Positions 13,006-26,506 of a DNA stretch of 48,069 nt are shown in pieces. Source of the stretch: Octopus bimaculoides (taxonomy: Eukaryota); assembly GCF_001194135.2 (NCBI RefSeq), contig NC_068988.1, positions 89,680,162 through 89,728,230 of the forward strand, read 5' to 3'. Positions within the stretch are counted from its first letter, which is position 1. The number at the start of each line of letters is the position of its first letter. The notes under the pieces are model-generated. The model saw only the letters and a list, made by a program, of their open reading frames with translations. It made no database searches and was not told the DNA's origin. The position numbers and the translations under genes were made by a program.

Positions 13006-14094
13006 CAGTTTTTTGGGGGGGTTTTATCATTATTTTTGCGTGGCTGATCTTATATTAATGTACTTCAATTCGCCATTCGATTTACGACAAAAGGGATATT
13101 TACCAGTAAATATATCTTAAGCTATATCAAAGAAATTGATAATACGTAGATACGTCTCAACTGTAATTTCTAAATGTAGCCATTTGAATATTTTGATAAA
13201 CACATTCCTAAAGGTATCCATTGTATGACCAATCATACGTTGCAAATTGAATGTCGCATCCTGAAGGTGAGTAGCAATATGAGTAGAACACAAATTCTAA
13301 AGAAACATAGCATACAATTATGTTATTTAAGAAATCGCACCCCTTATTACAACGTGGCATGGCTATGTCAAATAATACTTAGCTACTCCCTTAAACCCCA
13401 AAAGAATTTTCGCATAATAGCAACATTTTCTCTCGTGAATAACATTAGTATCAGCTTCCTTAATTGGAATGAATGCGCTTCTGACGTTTGAATATATATA
13501 TATATTGATTTGAGTGTGTGATTGAGTCTACGGGTAGAGATAGGGAAAAGATTGATATTGTTATAGACATAAAATATACAACCCCACAGGACATAATTAG
13601 TATTAACGCTGTATTTTTCGTCAACAAATGCCTTTATATTTTTAAACTATAACATCAAGTTTATAACACTGGCGATGTGAACGGTATGAGCGAATGTCTC
13701 CATCATACATGATCGCTTCTTGTGCACGTCTTCTTGTACGGCATATCCTGTTTCCAGATTTATATCCCTCATTAGACGGCGTAAAATAATTGAAGTGACT
13801 CTGAGGACAAAATGATGATGTTATCACTATAGTACCGTTCAATACATTTCTCAAGATAACGGATGATGCGATGAAGAGAGGTGCTTTTATACCCAGTCGG
13901 TTTAAACAACCATCGGAAGAATATCTCTCACAGAATGTTCAAAACATACGTATACATTTTCGGTTAGGTGGATTAATACATTATCGGGTAGGTGGGTTTA
14001 TATATTATCAGTGGATTTAATAACTGTAATTATGGACATGGAACTATCACAAAGACTTGAAACGACTGCTCAATATAGTGAGTACAGTAAATAT

Positions 14095-14300
14095 TGATTT
14101 CAAATGTTGGTACAAGAACAGCAGTTTCGAGGCAGGAGGTAAATCGATTAAATTGACCCCCGTACTCATGTCGTACTTATTTTATCGAATCCGAAAGGAA
14201 GAAGGGCAAATCGACCTTTGTGTAATTTGATCACAGAACACAGAGACGAAATGCCGCTAAGCAGTTTGTGCATCGCTGTACAGAATGTGCCAGCTCGCCG
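14095..14300 (-). mobile_element. SINE family A, degenerate
   Basis: aatcgattaaattgaccccc...gtacttatttt atcgaatccgaaagg...ggcaaatcgacc...aaatgccgctaagca...gccagctcgcc. Confidence 0.8.
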
Positions 14301-15164
14301 AATTAGAGAACATTAAATAGTAAATACATACTCTTAAACGTCTAGCGTGCTAAAGTTTATTCATCTCAACTTCTTTTAGATGTTGCTAAATTTCCTCTCG
14401 AAATGTTTACTGATAGGACACAATATGTTTAGCTAGGAAAACTTAGCTATCGTTGCATTATTAGCATGGAGTATATTAACGCAGGTTATAAATACCAAAC
14501 AATTCGTACTACACGTCCTCATACAAACATTAGCTTAGCTTCAGATCACGTAAACAGCTAATGATCTTAGAAACAAATTCCTTTTTAAGCTACATAAAAT
14601 AAGCCCTTCATCTAAAGCTGCGCGACGTCTGTTCCTGTCATATGAAAGGAATATTTAACTTTAATATGCAAGGTATACAAAGCGCATTCCTTGCGTTTTA
14701 CCAAGCGACTGTCGCAGATCCACTTGAAAGATAATTTACTAGGTTATACACCAGCATGAGCGACAAAAGTTTCAGCAAGCAATACGTAAACATGTTCTCA
14801 TTTCGACACACGCATAATAAACAGAATTTAGTTATTAAGTCCTTACAGAGAATTAAATATCTCTTGCGCCACACTACATATCAGTAACAAATTCTACAGA
14901 TTTTACAGTTATTTGTCCAATGAAAAAAAAATATATAAGTTATTCCACACAAAAGCAATAGACACATCAAACGTACAATGGTGGTTAATTGTTGATTGTC
15001 ATCACGGAAATGGCATTGTTTCTTATGTCAAGAAAATCAGTGAATAAGAACGAATATATTAGTATGGTAAACTAAGATAAAAATAGAAATAAACTAAACG
15101 AGGTAAAACCGCAAACCACACCCCTCAATACTTGTACAAAGGACACACACTTGAGAGTTATGTA

Positions 15165-15188
15165 TATGCATATGTGTGTCTGTATATA

Positions 15189-15254
<66 letters not shown>

Positions 15255-15510
15255 CTTGTTTAATATATGATTTGCAATATTCTTTATGTGAGTTCGTGTG
15301 TTGAAGTATATTTTGTTGTGTCTGAGGTGAGTCATTCTCTTTTAGTTCCTTATTATTTAGCACACTCAACGGTAAAGTTACCATTCACTTACTTATTTAA
15401 TTTTCTAAAATTTTGGGTTGCGATATATATATATATATATAGGTGTGTATACATATATATATATATTTATATATGCATGTATGTATGTAAGCATATATAT
15501 ATATATATGT
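15165..15510. repeat. (TA)n-rich microsatellites
   Basis: Read directly. Confidence 0.9.
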
Positions 15511-15619
15511 ATATATATGCGTACATACAGAAGATGCCCTTCAACATGTCCAATTAACTGTACTGGTAGCTTATGTTGATAAAAATACTGAAAACCTAGC
15601 AGCCCCAAAATAACCTATT

Positions 15620-16130
15620 CGGCAGATTACTGGAACATTATGGGTAGCAGTCCTCGCGTGGTTTCAATAAGGGAAGCAAAGATAACCTGAAGGAATGCCA
15701 GACGATGTTCGCAGAGTATTAACTATCCATCATTTAAATGGGTACGGTACTCTGAGACTGTTGCTTCAGCATAGTGCCGTTCCAACAAATTTACAGGACA
15801 TATGTTCAGCAATTTAATCTGATAAGGATTTTCATATTGCAAACCATATATCTCCTTGAAAATGATCGACAATGGCAAGTGATCGTAAATTTGCAGACCA
15901 GCTGAGATAGATATTTGTTGCAAGCTTTGTTTCTGCTCTCCGTGTCTGCCACAAAATGTATACGATTCACGACAGAAGAGTAATAATGAGCATTGAAAAT
16001 GTAAAAAGAACCGTAAATAATGAGATGGTGCATGCACTGATCAACTAGATGCTGAAATACAAGAGTTCAACAGTTTACTACAGCTTGCCATATGCAGATC
16101 ACCAGTAATACTTGTTGATCGAATGTATAC
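15620..16130 (+). mobile_element. Decayed Helitron RepHel fragment (region between the Rep and helicase domains)
   Basis: Manual translation across stops and frameshifts: VRRVLTIHHLNGYGTLRLLLQHSAVPTNLQDI..., YLLENDRQW..., VNNEMVHALIN/LDAEIQEFN. This resembles Helitron GRIYTVHP..GERYYLRLLL.HV.GPTSFEDL...LLEDD.EW. Recognised from memory, not by search. Confidence 0.55.
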
Positions 16131-16724
16131 AGGTCCATCGACGGAAATGATCACATAGATATGCACAACAACGACAGACGATTATTTTAGAGTTAATCAG
16201 CAGAATAATTAATGAAGTGGGGGAGCCTGATATGTACTGACGGTCCAAAGGGTAGGTATAACAAACTGTTTCTTTCTAAAGTTATAACTGTTATATTTTT
16301 GAAAGATTTAACTTAGCTAATCAAAAAGTGTTTAATATAAGATCTGATTTTCTGTAATTGAAAATAGGGTAAATTTAATGAATTTCTAATTCTATCAAAG
16401 AGCATTTGTATTTGGACAAAATACATTTTATATTAAAAGCATGTGTCTTAAACGGATAAAAAATTCAAATTCAAATTTCGCTTTATTGCCGTCGGTGAAG
16501 CTATGTCAGGGAATAGTATACACATGAAAAGGTAGGGTTAACAAATTTTGCATTCGTTTATCTGTCCTCTTCTCTACAGTTTTCCTCAATACAAGCATAT
16601 TTAGATATAAATATGTCAAAACGAGGTTCATAAATATTCAACATTTTATATTTAAGCACATTTAAATATTTAAAACTTGAAATTCAATGTTCGAATAATG
16701 GAACGACAATTTCTTAATGAAATA

Positions 16725-17120
16725 TTAAGAGTGAGATCTCAGAAACCTCAGCGATAAGTGGGAAGCAGGCAGGTAGGAAAGGAAGAAGACAGAGAGCGAG
16801 ATAATGAATAAAGCACAAATTAAAATGTATAAACGGAAATTAGAAAAGATAAAAGAATACAGAAAATGAGAGAGAAAAGGTTTAAAGAAGAGAAAACTAA
16901 GGACAAAGAGATGGGAACAAAATAGAGTAATACAGGGAAAAAGAATCATATAAAGAATATGATTAGAATAACGGGCATTCATGCATTCGTTGCTGTTATC
17001 TTTGAAGAGTATATATGAAGCATGGAGGGATTGAGAGAGAAAGGGAGAAAGAAAATAAGATGTAGGAAGAAAAAGAAAAGGGCAAGAGTATAAAGAATGA
17101 TAAATTTGGTAACTATACAA
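16725..17120. repeat. GA-rich low-complexity tract
   Basis: Purine-rich degenerate (GA/GAAA)n. Confidence 0.7.
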
Positions 17121-17462
17121 AGGAAACGGCTGATCAGACACTTTAAATTGAATATCATGACATGATATTTAAAATTTTAACGGAAGAATAGGTTTTCTAC
17201 TTGTAAGTAATGAAGATATGTGGTTAGGAAACAGCGTACAGTTTTTAGAGGATGTAAGCTTTACAACAATTTACTTCAAGAAATGTAGCTGTTCACATAG
17301 CGTTTTCATGTTTTTGTGAAGATACATTTTAAGGAAGAAAACTGTTACTAACGAACGAATATTCGATGCTCTTTAGAGAATTTCTAAAAGCTTTCAGAAA
17401 ATTTCAAAAATTATGTGGAAATGGCTCACTGAAATAACGATCGAGATATAAGGTCTAATATC

Positions 17463-17695
17463 TATTTCTTTATTGCCCACAAAGGTCTAAACATAGAGGG
17501 GACAAACAAGGACAGACAAGAGGATTAAGTCGATTACATCGACCCCAGTGATTAACTGGTACTTATTTAATCGACCCCGAAAGGATGACAGGCAAAGTCG
17601 ACCTAAGCGGAATTTGAACTCAGAACGTAACGGTAGACGAAATACCGCTAAGCATTTCGCCCGGCTTGCTAACGTTTCTGCCATCTCGCCGCCTT
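17463..17695 (-). mobile_element. SINE family A, near-intact (same tail variant as 2613-2850)
   Basis: Reverse complement aligns to 2613-2850 along its whole length. Confidence 0.92.
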
Positions 17696-17989
17696 TAATG
17701 TTCCAACCGAGTCATTTGGTTTATGTTTTACTGCTACAAATTAACTATATTACAACCTTCACTAGCCTTGACAACTCTGTGTGTGTGTGTGTGTGTGTGT
17801 GCGTGTGCGCGGGCGCGTGAGTGTGTGAGTGTGTGTGTGTCATATAACCTACACCAGTACAGCCTGTGTTATAGACGCCTAATTGGCGACAAAATCCGTT
17901 AAGCATTTTAAGTTTAACAGAATTGCTCGAAAATCTGTGAAAAGGATAGATTCACATAATACAGTGTTAATGATTATCACGTGGAAATG

Positions 17990-19045
17990 CAAGGATTTAG
18001 AAATTTCAGGTTAGTATTCGATGAACTGGGAGTGAGACAACTATTAGCTTTTCTTAAAGATGGTCTCCCGGAGAATGCTCTACCGGATATATAGATATAC
18101 CGGAGGTAAGACTGTTCAGTCGGTGTGGCCTCGATAGACGTAGTAGGAAGTTAAACTGGGAGAAGCAGAACTCCAAATATCTTTAAATCTGTATGTAAGA
18201 ACCTGTGAAGAAAGGATGGTAAGATTAGTGCTGTGGCAGTAGATCAGCATATGTTTTAGGGCAGTCTCAATAATCAAGATCACACATGCCCTTTAGTCTT
18301 TATAGAATGTCCTCGGGAACGATACTATTCCCGTAATGTTTTCTTTGGTGTGAGGAGACTACAGAGGGCAGCAGTACCCTAGGTGTGGCTGTACAAAGGA
18401 GGAGGGTAGATGAATAATGACATCTTCCTCTCTGGACCACAAAGTTCTGAAGATACAGAAGCTCATTCTGTGAGACATATGGTTTTTGTCGATGTGGGTA
18501 CTCCAGCTGGTGTGAACAATCACTCCTAAGTTACTAATATTATTTAATACTGTGAGAAGTTCCTCTGAATAAAAGGAATACGGTTTTTGAAGGACAGTCT
18601 TCTTAGAATGGTGCACGAGTTCAAACGTTCCCTCATTTCACAGCGTTTTGTCCTTGCTACCCATTGACGTGCAGCATGAAGAGCAGACTGGGGTTTAGTT
18701 TGGTCTCCTTCTTCTTTCATAATTTTATGGAGCTTAGTCATTTGTGCATATTTTCATTTTCTTGCGTTTGGTAGTACATCAGTTGTCGTTTGTATAGGCT
18801 ATAAAGAGAAGCTAGATCAAAAGAGTCTACTGCAGAACACCACGGGTAACATTTGAGGGCCTTGAGTGGATTACACCGATGAACATCAGGTTATGTATGT
18901 TCTGTTCGCCAAGAAATACTTAAACGAGAGTAGTAGTTTTCCATGGATTCCATCATTTGACAATTTCGATAAGAGGATATTGTGATCTACATTGCCGAAC
19001 GCCTTACTGAAGTCAAGAAGTCAAGATATACAACAGCAGAGAACG
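17990..19045 (-). mobile_element. CR1/L2-group LINE, decayed RT and C-terminal region
   Basis: Minus-strand peptides LDFSKAFGNVDHNILLSKL..GIHGKL, VTRGVLQ..LLF, NLGVIV..SWSTHI and EDVIIHLPSSFVQPHLGYCCPL (typical LY.SLVRPHLEYC..W). Multiple stops and frameshifts. Confidence 0.88.
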
Positions 19046-19057
19046 AAACTAAGATTA

Positions 19058-19059
<2 letters not shown>

Positions 19060-19119
<60 letters not shown>

Positions 19120-19450
19120 ACACGCATACACACACACACATACACGCACACATACACACACACATACGCACACACAAGCACACACACACACACACAAGCA
19201 CACACACACACAAGCACACACGCACACACAACAAGCACAACACACAACACACAATGCACACACATGCATATGTATGATGAATGTATATATGGATATATAT
19301 ATATATTCACAGAAACAGAAATATACATACACATATATATACATATACATAAACACATGTATACATACATGTATGCATATATGTATATCTATATATGACA
19401 CATATATATAGACATGTGCATATAGAAATATACATAAATGTATGAGCTTA

Positions 19451-19487
<37 letters not shown>

Positions 19488-19545
19488 TTATGTGTGTGTG
19501 TATATGTGTGTGTGTGTATGTATTCATGTATGTATGTATGCACAC
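19060..19545. repeat. (CA)n/(TA)n/(TG)n compound microsatellite
   Basis: Read directly. Confidence 0.95.
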
Positions 19546-20079
19546 CAGTAGGTTAAGCTATTTTATTTTGATTTCAATAAGAAGTTTTTAGAACTATATC
19601 CGCATTCACCAAATTTCTCAATTTTCCCAATTGGTTCTTCCAACATGACACATTTACATTTTCAGTTCACCGCCATTGTTTCACACCTTTTAATCTCTAC
19701 CTCCAATATCTATGTTATATTCTTTCCCTATACATCTTTTCCACACGTATAGAAAAGTTCAGCTCTTCACTTTTCCATCTTATATATTTCTTTCAAATAC
19801 ATTCACTTCGAAAGAAAATCTGCTGAACGCCATCTCTATAATTTAGAAACTTTCATCTTTTCTCATATCTTCCCCTGTGATATGCTTAATGTTTCCTCTT
19901 CCTCGCTTTTCCTTGCCTGTTATTCATCTTTTCCCTGTTATTGACTTCTCGTTCTGGATATACGTACACCACCAGAATCACGCATACGTGTAGAAATATC
20001 TATATACATTTATACACATACACACATATGCACATGGGTATATTTATATTTATGCACAGTTATTCATGCATGTAATTAT

Positions 20080-20100
20080 GTAATACATATACATACATAC

Positions 20101-20192
<92 letters not shown>

Positions 20193-20302
20193 GTATGTAT
20201 ATAATATATGTAGAAGATATTGATAAATAGTTACATAGTTTAGTAGAGATACATATATCTGTAAATAGACAGACAGACAGGCAGGCAGGCAGGCAGGCAG
20301 GC

Positions 20303-20369
<67 letters not shown>

Positions 20370-20370
20370 A
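20080..20370. repeat. (TA)n, (GGCA)n and (GATA)n microsatellites
   Basis: Read directly. Confidence 0.95.
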
Positions 20371-21028
20371 CGGCGCATTGTGTTCTTAAAAAAGAATCTA
20401 TATTTGAGGTGTTCTTGTCTACTCACCTGTAAATGATTAACNNNNNNNNNNNNNNNNNNNNNNNNNNNNNNNNNNNNNNNNNNNNNNNNNNNNNNNNNNN
20501 NNNNNNNNNNNNNNNNNNNNNNNNNNNNNNNNNNNNNNNNNNNNNNNNNNNNNNNNNNNNNNNNNNNNNNNNNNNNNNNNNNNNNNNNNNNNNNNNNNNN
20601 NNNNNNNNNNNNNNNNNNNNNNNNNNNNNNNNNNNNNNNNNNNNNNNNNNNNNNNNNNNNNNNNNNNNNNNNNNNNNNNNNNNNNNNNNNNNNNNNNNNN
20701 NNNNNNNNNNNNNNNNNNNNNNNNNNNNNNNNNNNNNNNNNNNNNNNNNNNNNNNNNNNNNNNNNNNNNNNNNNNNNNNNNNNNNNNNNNNNNNNNNNNN
20801 NNNNNNNNNNNNNNNNNNNNNNNNNNNNNNNNNNNNNNNNNNNNNNNNNNNNNNNNNNNNNNNNNNNNNNNNNNNNNNNNNNNNNNNNNNNNNNNNNNNN
20901 NNNNNNNNNNNNNNNNNNNNNNNNNNNNNNNNNNNNNNNNNNNNNNNNNNNNNNNNNNNNNNNNNNNNNNNNNNNNNNNNNNNNNNNNNNNNNNNNNNNN
21001 NATATATATATATATATATACATATATA

Positions 21029-21947
21029 GGGTCATCCCATAAATAATGCGGTTTTTCTAATTGCATGAACTAAACATTCCGAGGGGGATGGGATAAACTA
21101 CCTACATCAATTTGCTATGAAAGCAGATTGTAATCTTACCTCGATCTTATTCTTAATGTAGGTTTTGAAGAGTGCAGTTCGATTTTAACTGTTATTTTTT
21201 CAAAGCTATAAAGGAAATGACAAAGGAGCATATTGGGCTTATTTTGCTTTATAGGTTCAACAAAAGCATCAACGGAATGGAAAGTGCGAGGAATATGAAT
21301 GCAGTATATGGAGATCGGGCAATAAGCATAAACCAGTGTCTACGGTGGATCGAGAAACTCCGAGCCGGAAACTATACCTAGAAGATGAGACTCGTCCTGG
21401 AAGATCTCTATAGTTCGACGAGGACGTCCTGCAAAACATGGTAGAACAAAATCCCACCGTAATAGTTGAGGAACTAGCAGAGAAACTTAGATTAGGTCAT
21501 TCAACCACTCATTTATATCAGTGCTATAAGAAAAACGCCTATCTTTGGCTCCAAGCCGAAAGGTGTTCTTCCGTCAGGATAATGCTCGACCACATACAGT
21601 AAGGATGGCATTCCAAAAGCCGTAACAGTTTGAATAGGAAATGATGCTCCACCCAACATATTCCCCGGATATTACCCAATCAGATTATAATTTATTCCGC
21701 AGTCTTCAAAATCATTTGGACGGAAAAAATATGTACTCTGTAGACAAGGTCCGAACAGTAATGGCGGAGCATTTTTCGTCACGAACAAGTGAATTTTGGC
21801 AGAGGTGCTACGCGAGTCTACGAGATAGAGGGAAGAACATTGTAGAATAATGAAGGAGATTATATCTTAGATTGAAAAGAACTTTGTTTATCTTAACTTT
21901 GAAAAAAAAAGAAGCTTAAAAAAACACATTATTTATAGGAAAACCCC
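21029..21947 (+). mobile_element. Mariner (DD34D) transposon, internally deleted and inactive
   Basis: TA-flanked imperfect TIRs GGGTCATCCCATAAATAATGCGG and (reverse complement) GGGGTTTTCCTATAAATAATGTG. N-terminal HTH region KEHIGLILLYRF...LEDETRPGR. C-terminal QDNARPH...HPTYSPDITQSDY with 34 residues between the Ds. The first catalytic D region is deleted. Confidence 0.92.
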
Positions 21948-22104
21948 TATATTATATATATAAATATACAGAGAGAGAGAGAGAGAAAGAGATAAATAAA
22001 AAGATAAATAGATAAATAGATAGATAGATAGATATGTATGCAGGTAGGTAGGTAGGTAGGTAGGTAGGTAGATAGGTAGGTATGTGTATGGAACTATATG
22101 TGTG

Positions 22105-22285
22105 TGTTTGTTTGTCTACCTCCACCGCTCGACAACCGGTGTTTATTTGTTTACACCCGCGTAACTTAATGTTTCAGCAAAACAAACATATAGAATAAGC
22201 TTCAAGCTTTTAAAAAATGGGTAATAAGGTAGATTAATTAGTTCAACTAAAATTACTCAAATTCATGCACGACCTTGGCCGCAGT
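22105..22285 (+). mobile_element. SINE family C, 3' portion, degenerate
   Basis: tgtttgtctacctccaccgctcgacaaccgg...cgtaacttaatgtttcagcaaa...tagaataag...ttggccgcagtc following a (TG)n run; resembles a common octopus SINE body from memory. Confidence 0.55.
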
Positions 22286-22979
22286 CCAAGATATAGTTCT
22301 GATCACGTGTAAACGTAGGGACAATGACGAATATGCTGTAGCCTGCACTGTTGATTAATGGATTTGGAAATGTTATGGTTTTCCAAGGAAACAAACCATG
22401 AAAGCGACACGTTGCCGTCTTATAGTTTCATATTGCGAATCTTAAGAACGAGTAAAAAGATCATGCGCTTTATTGTATATTAATAGCTATTGGGTGAATA
22501 TATATACAACGGCTTAAAATATAAAAGGCAGTGCTTTGAGTGATTAGCTGGGATTGAGGAGCAGTAGTTGTATTAGAGTACTAGATGCGGTATGATGCTG
22601 ATAATGACCGGTAGTTGTTCATTTCAATGGGGAATGATTAACTAGATTTTGGAATGTGTGTACGTGTGTGTACGTGTGTGTACGTGTGTGAGCGTGTGTA
22701 TGTGTGTTGTAGGAGTCTATCAATGAGTGTATACTTACGTATGTAAGTCTATATCTTTCGCACATTTGAAGTTATCAGAAACTACTTCAAAAAAAATATA
22801 GAAATTCTTCAATGTCTGTGAATAATGGTGTGAAAAAAGTTGAGAATAAAACCAATGTTTGGAAACATTGAAGTCTTTCATCTGGAACCGAATGAAAAGA
22901 AAGATTTGACATTAAAATCTATAACGATTTGTTTCTTGTTTTTTGGTTCTAACAATATATTTCACAGCACGAATTCAAA

Positions 22980-24543
22980 GGTTATATGTTCGTATAAAAT
23001 CGGATATATGTGTGTACGCTTATACTCACACCCACACCCACACACACACTCACACACACACACACGCACGCACACACACACACACACGCACGCACAAACA
23101 CACATTGACACACACACACGCAAACACAGACACACATGTGTATATATATACATGTATATACACATATACACATATTTATATACAGATATATATANNNNNN
23201 NNNNNNNNNNNNNNNNNNNNNNNNNNNNNNNNNNNNNNNNNNNNNNNNNNNNNNNNNNNNNNNNNNNNNNNNNNNNNNNNNNNNNNNNNNNNNNNNNNNN
23301 NNNNNNNNNNNNNNNNNNNNNNNNNNNNNNNNNNNNNNNNNNNNNNNNNNNNNNNNNNNNNNNNNNNNNNNNNNNNNNNNNNNNNNNNNNNNNNNNNNNN
23401 NNNNNNNNNNNNNNNNNNNNNNNNNNNNNNNNNNNNNNNNNNNNNNNNNNNNNNNNNNNNNNNNNNNNNNNNNNNNNNNNNNNNNNNNNNNNNNNNNNNN
23501 NNNNNNNNNNNNNNNNNNNNNNNNNNNNNNNNNNNNNNNNNNNNNNNNNNNNNNNNNNNNNNNNNNNNNNNNNNNNNNNNNNNNNNNNNNNNNNNNNNNN
23601 NNNNNNNNNNNNNNNNNNNNNNNNNNNNNNNNNNNNNNNNNNNNNNNNNNNNNNNNNNNNNNNNNNNNNNNNNNNNNNNNNNNNNNNNNNNNNNNNNNNN
23701 NNNNNNNNNNNNNNNNNNNNNNNNNNNNNNNNNNNNNNNNNNNNNNNNNNNNNNNNNNNNNNNNNNNNNNNNNNNNNNNNNNNNNNNNNNNNNNNNNNNN
23801 NNNNNNNNNNNNNNNNNNNNNNNNNNNNNNNNNNNNNNNNNNNNNNNNNNNNNNNNNNNNNNNNNNNNNNNNNNNNNNNNNNNNNNNNNNNNNNNNNNNN
23901 NNNNNNNNNNNNNNNNNNNNNNNNNNNNNNNNNNNNNNNNNNNNNATTTATGGTGTGTTCATATATATATCCTAGTGTTAGTGCGTGTGAAAATTAAAAA
24001 AACTTAAACAAATAATTATAGAGGTACATGAATATACGTGCGTGTACACACTTGAATACACAAATGTAGAGAAAATTACACACGTGCTCAATTATACAAA
24101 CATATATAAGATGTTTAGAAAACAGCATAATTAAACTAAAAAGAAAGGAGTAAGACAGCGCTTGGATAATATTGAACATTAATATTAAAATACTTTGAAC
24201 TCACAACAGATATATAGTTAGCGTTGTTTTTCACAAGAGTTAACAACACACGCCGAAACAAAGTGATATCCAATCCATAAGCACACACTAACTAGATAGA
24301 TAAAATTGAACCAACAGACAAACAATCACACGCACACACACACGCACACACACACAGACACACACAGACACGCACACATACGCACGCATAGACACACAGA
24401 CACACACACACACGCACACACACACGAACTCTTTACATATACATACATAAACATACAGAAGCACACAAACATAGACACAAATATATACAGAAAACAGAAA
24501 GAATATATTTGTTTGTGTATGTGCATGAATGAATACGTGTGCA

Positions 24544-24591
<48 letters not shown>

Positions 24592-24640
24592 AGAGAGAGT
24601 GTGTGTGTTTATGTGTGTGTACACGCGCGTGCACATATTT
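22980..24640. repeat. (CA)n and (TG)n microsatellites around an N gap
   Basis: Read directly at 23030-23194, 24330-24425 and 24545-24630. Confidence 0.9.
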
Positions 24641-25235
24641 GTATAGTTATATTGCCACTCAAAGATTTTTTGGAAATATTTTCTGCAATTTCGTTTCACT
24701 TGGTTTGAAACTTTAAATTCCTTTAATTCACTATCCATATTTCTTCATCAATGTAATCTCATTGTGTGTAGAATGTGTGTTCCTGATGGTTCTTACAGTG
24801 GATATCATTATAACCAACGCTATAATATATTCCGAAGGCTTCGTGCTGCTTGATTCAATGTACTACAATTCACGACGCCCTACAAAATTACATACGTAAA
24901 TATTAGCAACTTTTAGATACTTTTCTACGCGGATTCTACAGAATAAGCTATACAGAAAAAGTTACACAGATCTAAACTCACAGAGACATAATATGACGTA
25001 ATCAATCACAAGAGCAGACAAATCTAGCTCTGAAAATTCAAATTACGTCCTTAATTTTAAAACCACCTATATTCTTCCTGTTAGCAGTATACGAACAACA
25101 ACATTCAGAATTTCTTAGAGGTGAATTCTAAATACGGTGATGAGAGATATTGTAAATTCAATTTCTCAAACTGCAAAGAACTCATTAAAATATATGGATA
25201 AAATTGAAAAATAAAGAGACTATATATATATACAC

Positions 25236-25268
<33 letters not shown>

Positions 25269-26425
25269 NNNNNNNNNNNNNNNNNNNNNNNNNNNNNNNN
25301 NNNNNNNNNNNNNNNNNNNNNNNNNNNNNNNNNNNNNNNNNNNNNNNNNNNNNNNNNNNNNNNNNNNNNNNNNNNNNNNNNNNNNNNNNNNNNNNNNNNN
25401 NNNNNNNNNNNNNNNNNNNNNNNNNNNNNNNNNNNNNNNNNNNNNNNNNNNNNNNNNNNNNNNNNNNNNNNNNNNNNNNNNNNNNNNNNNNNNNNNNNNN
25501 NNNNNNNNNNNNNNNNNNNNNNNNNNNNNNNNNNNNNNNNNNNNNNNNNNNNNNNNNNNNNNNNNNNNNNNNNNNNNNNNNNNNNNNNNNNNNNNNNNNN
25601 NNNNNNNNNNNNNNNNNNNNNNNNNNNNNNNNNNNNNNNNNNNNNNNNNNNNNNNNNNNNNNNNNNNNNNNNNNNNNNNNNNNNNNNNNNNNNNNNNNNN
25701 NNNNNNNNNNNNNNNNNNNNNNNNNNNNNNNNNNNNNNNNNNNNNNNNNNNNNNNNNNNNNNNNNNNNNNNNNNNNNNNNNNNNNNNNNNNNNNNNNNNN
25801 NNNNNNNNNNNNNNNNNNNNNNNNNNNNNNNNNNNNNNNNNNNNNNNNNNNNNNNNNNNNNNNNNNNNNNNNNNNNNNNNNNNNNNNNNNNNNNNNNNNN
25901 NNNNNNNNNNNNNNNNNNNNNNNNNNNNNNNNNNNNNNNNNNNNNNNNNNNNNNNNNNNNNNNNNNNNNNNNNNNNNNNNNNNNNNNNNNNNNNNNNNNN
26001 NNNNNNNNNNNNNNNNNNNNNNNNNNNNNNNNNNNNNNNNNNNNNNNNNNATCTACTAATGTTAGGAAGCAGTGAATTGGTTAGAAATTATTTTATTTGA
26101 CCAAATGTCTTCTATAATATTGTAGCTGTGTTTCAAACTTGTTCACGTACTATTAATTTCAGTATGCAAGAAATTATGTGTTCATTTTGCATTCGTGTGT
26201 GTTAATGCAATACATATGCGCAAAATCATGCATACATAGATAAATACATGCGTGCATCCATCTATACGTGTATACACACATATGTATATACATATGTATA
26301 TACATATGTATATATACACATGTATATGTATATGTGTATGTATTTATATATGTATATGTGTATGTATGTATATGTGTATGTATTTATATAAGTATGTATG
26401 CATGTGAAGGTATGTAGTACTTTGT

Positions 26426-26506
26426 TTTAACAACAACTAAAACAACAACTAAAACAACAACTAAAACAAAAACAACAGTGACAATGAGAACGACTATAGA
26501 AACGAA
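26426..26506. other. 81-bp insertion with 14-bp TSD, copied from 28422-28477
   Basis: ATGTAGTACTTTGT at 26412-26425 and 26507-26520. 56-bp exact identity between 26453-26508 and 28422-28477. Confidence 0.85.

Noticed and set aside
13640-13860. WRCERY...CARL peptide reminiscent of a FLYWCH/Mutator domain
   Set aside because: The match is too weak, with wrong spacing and no flanking transposase signal.
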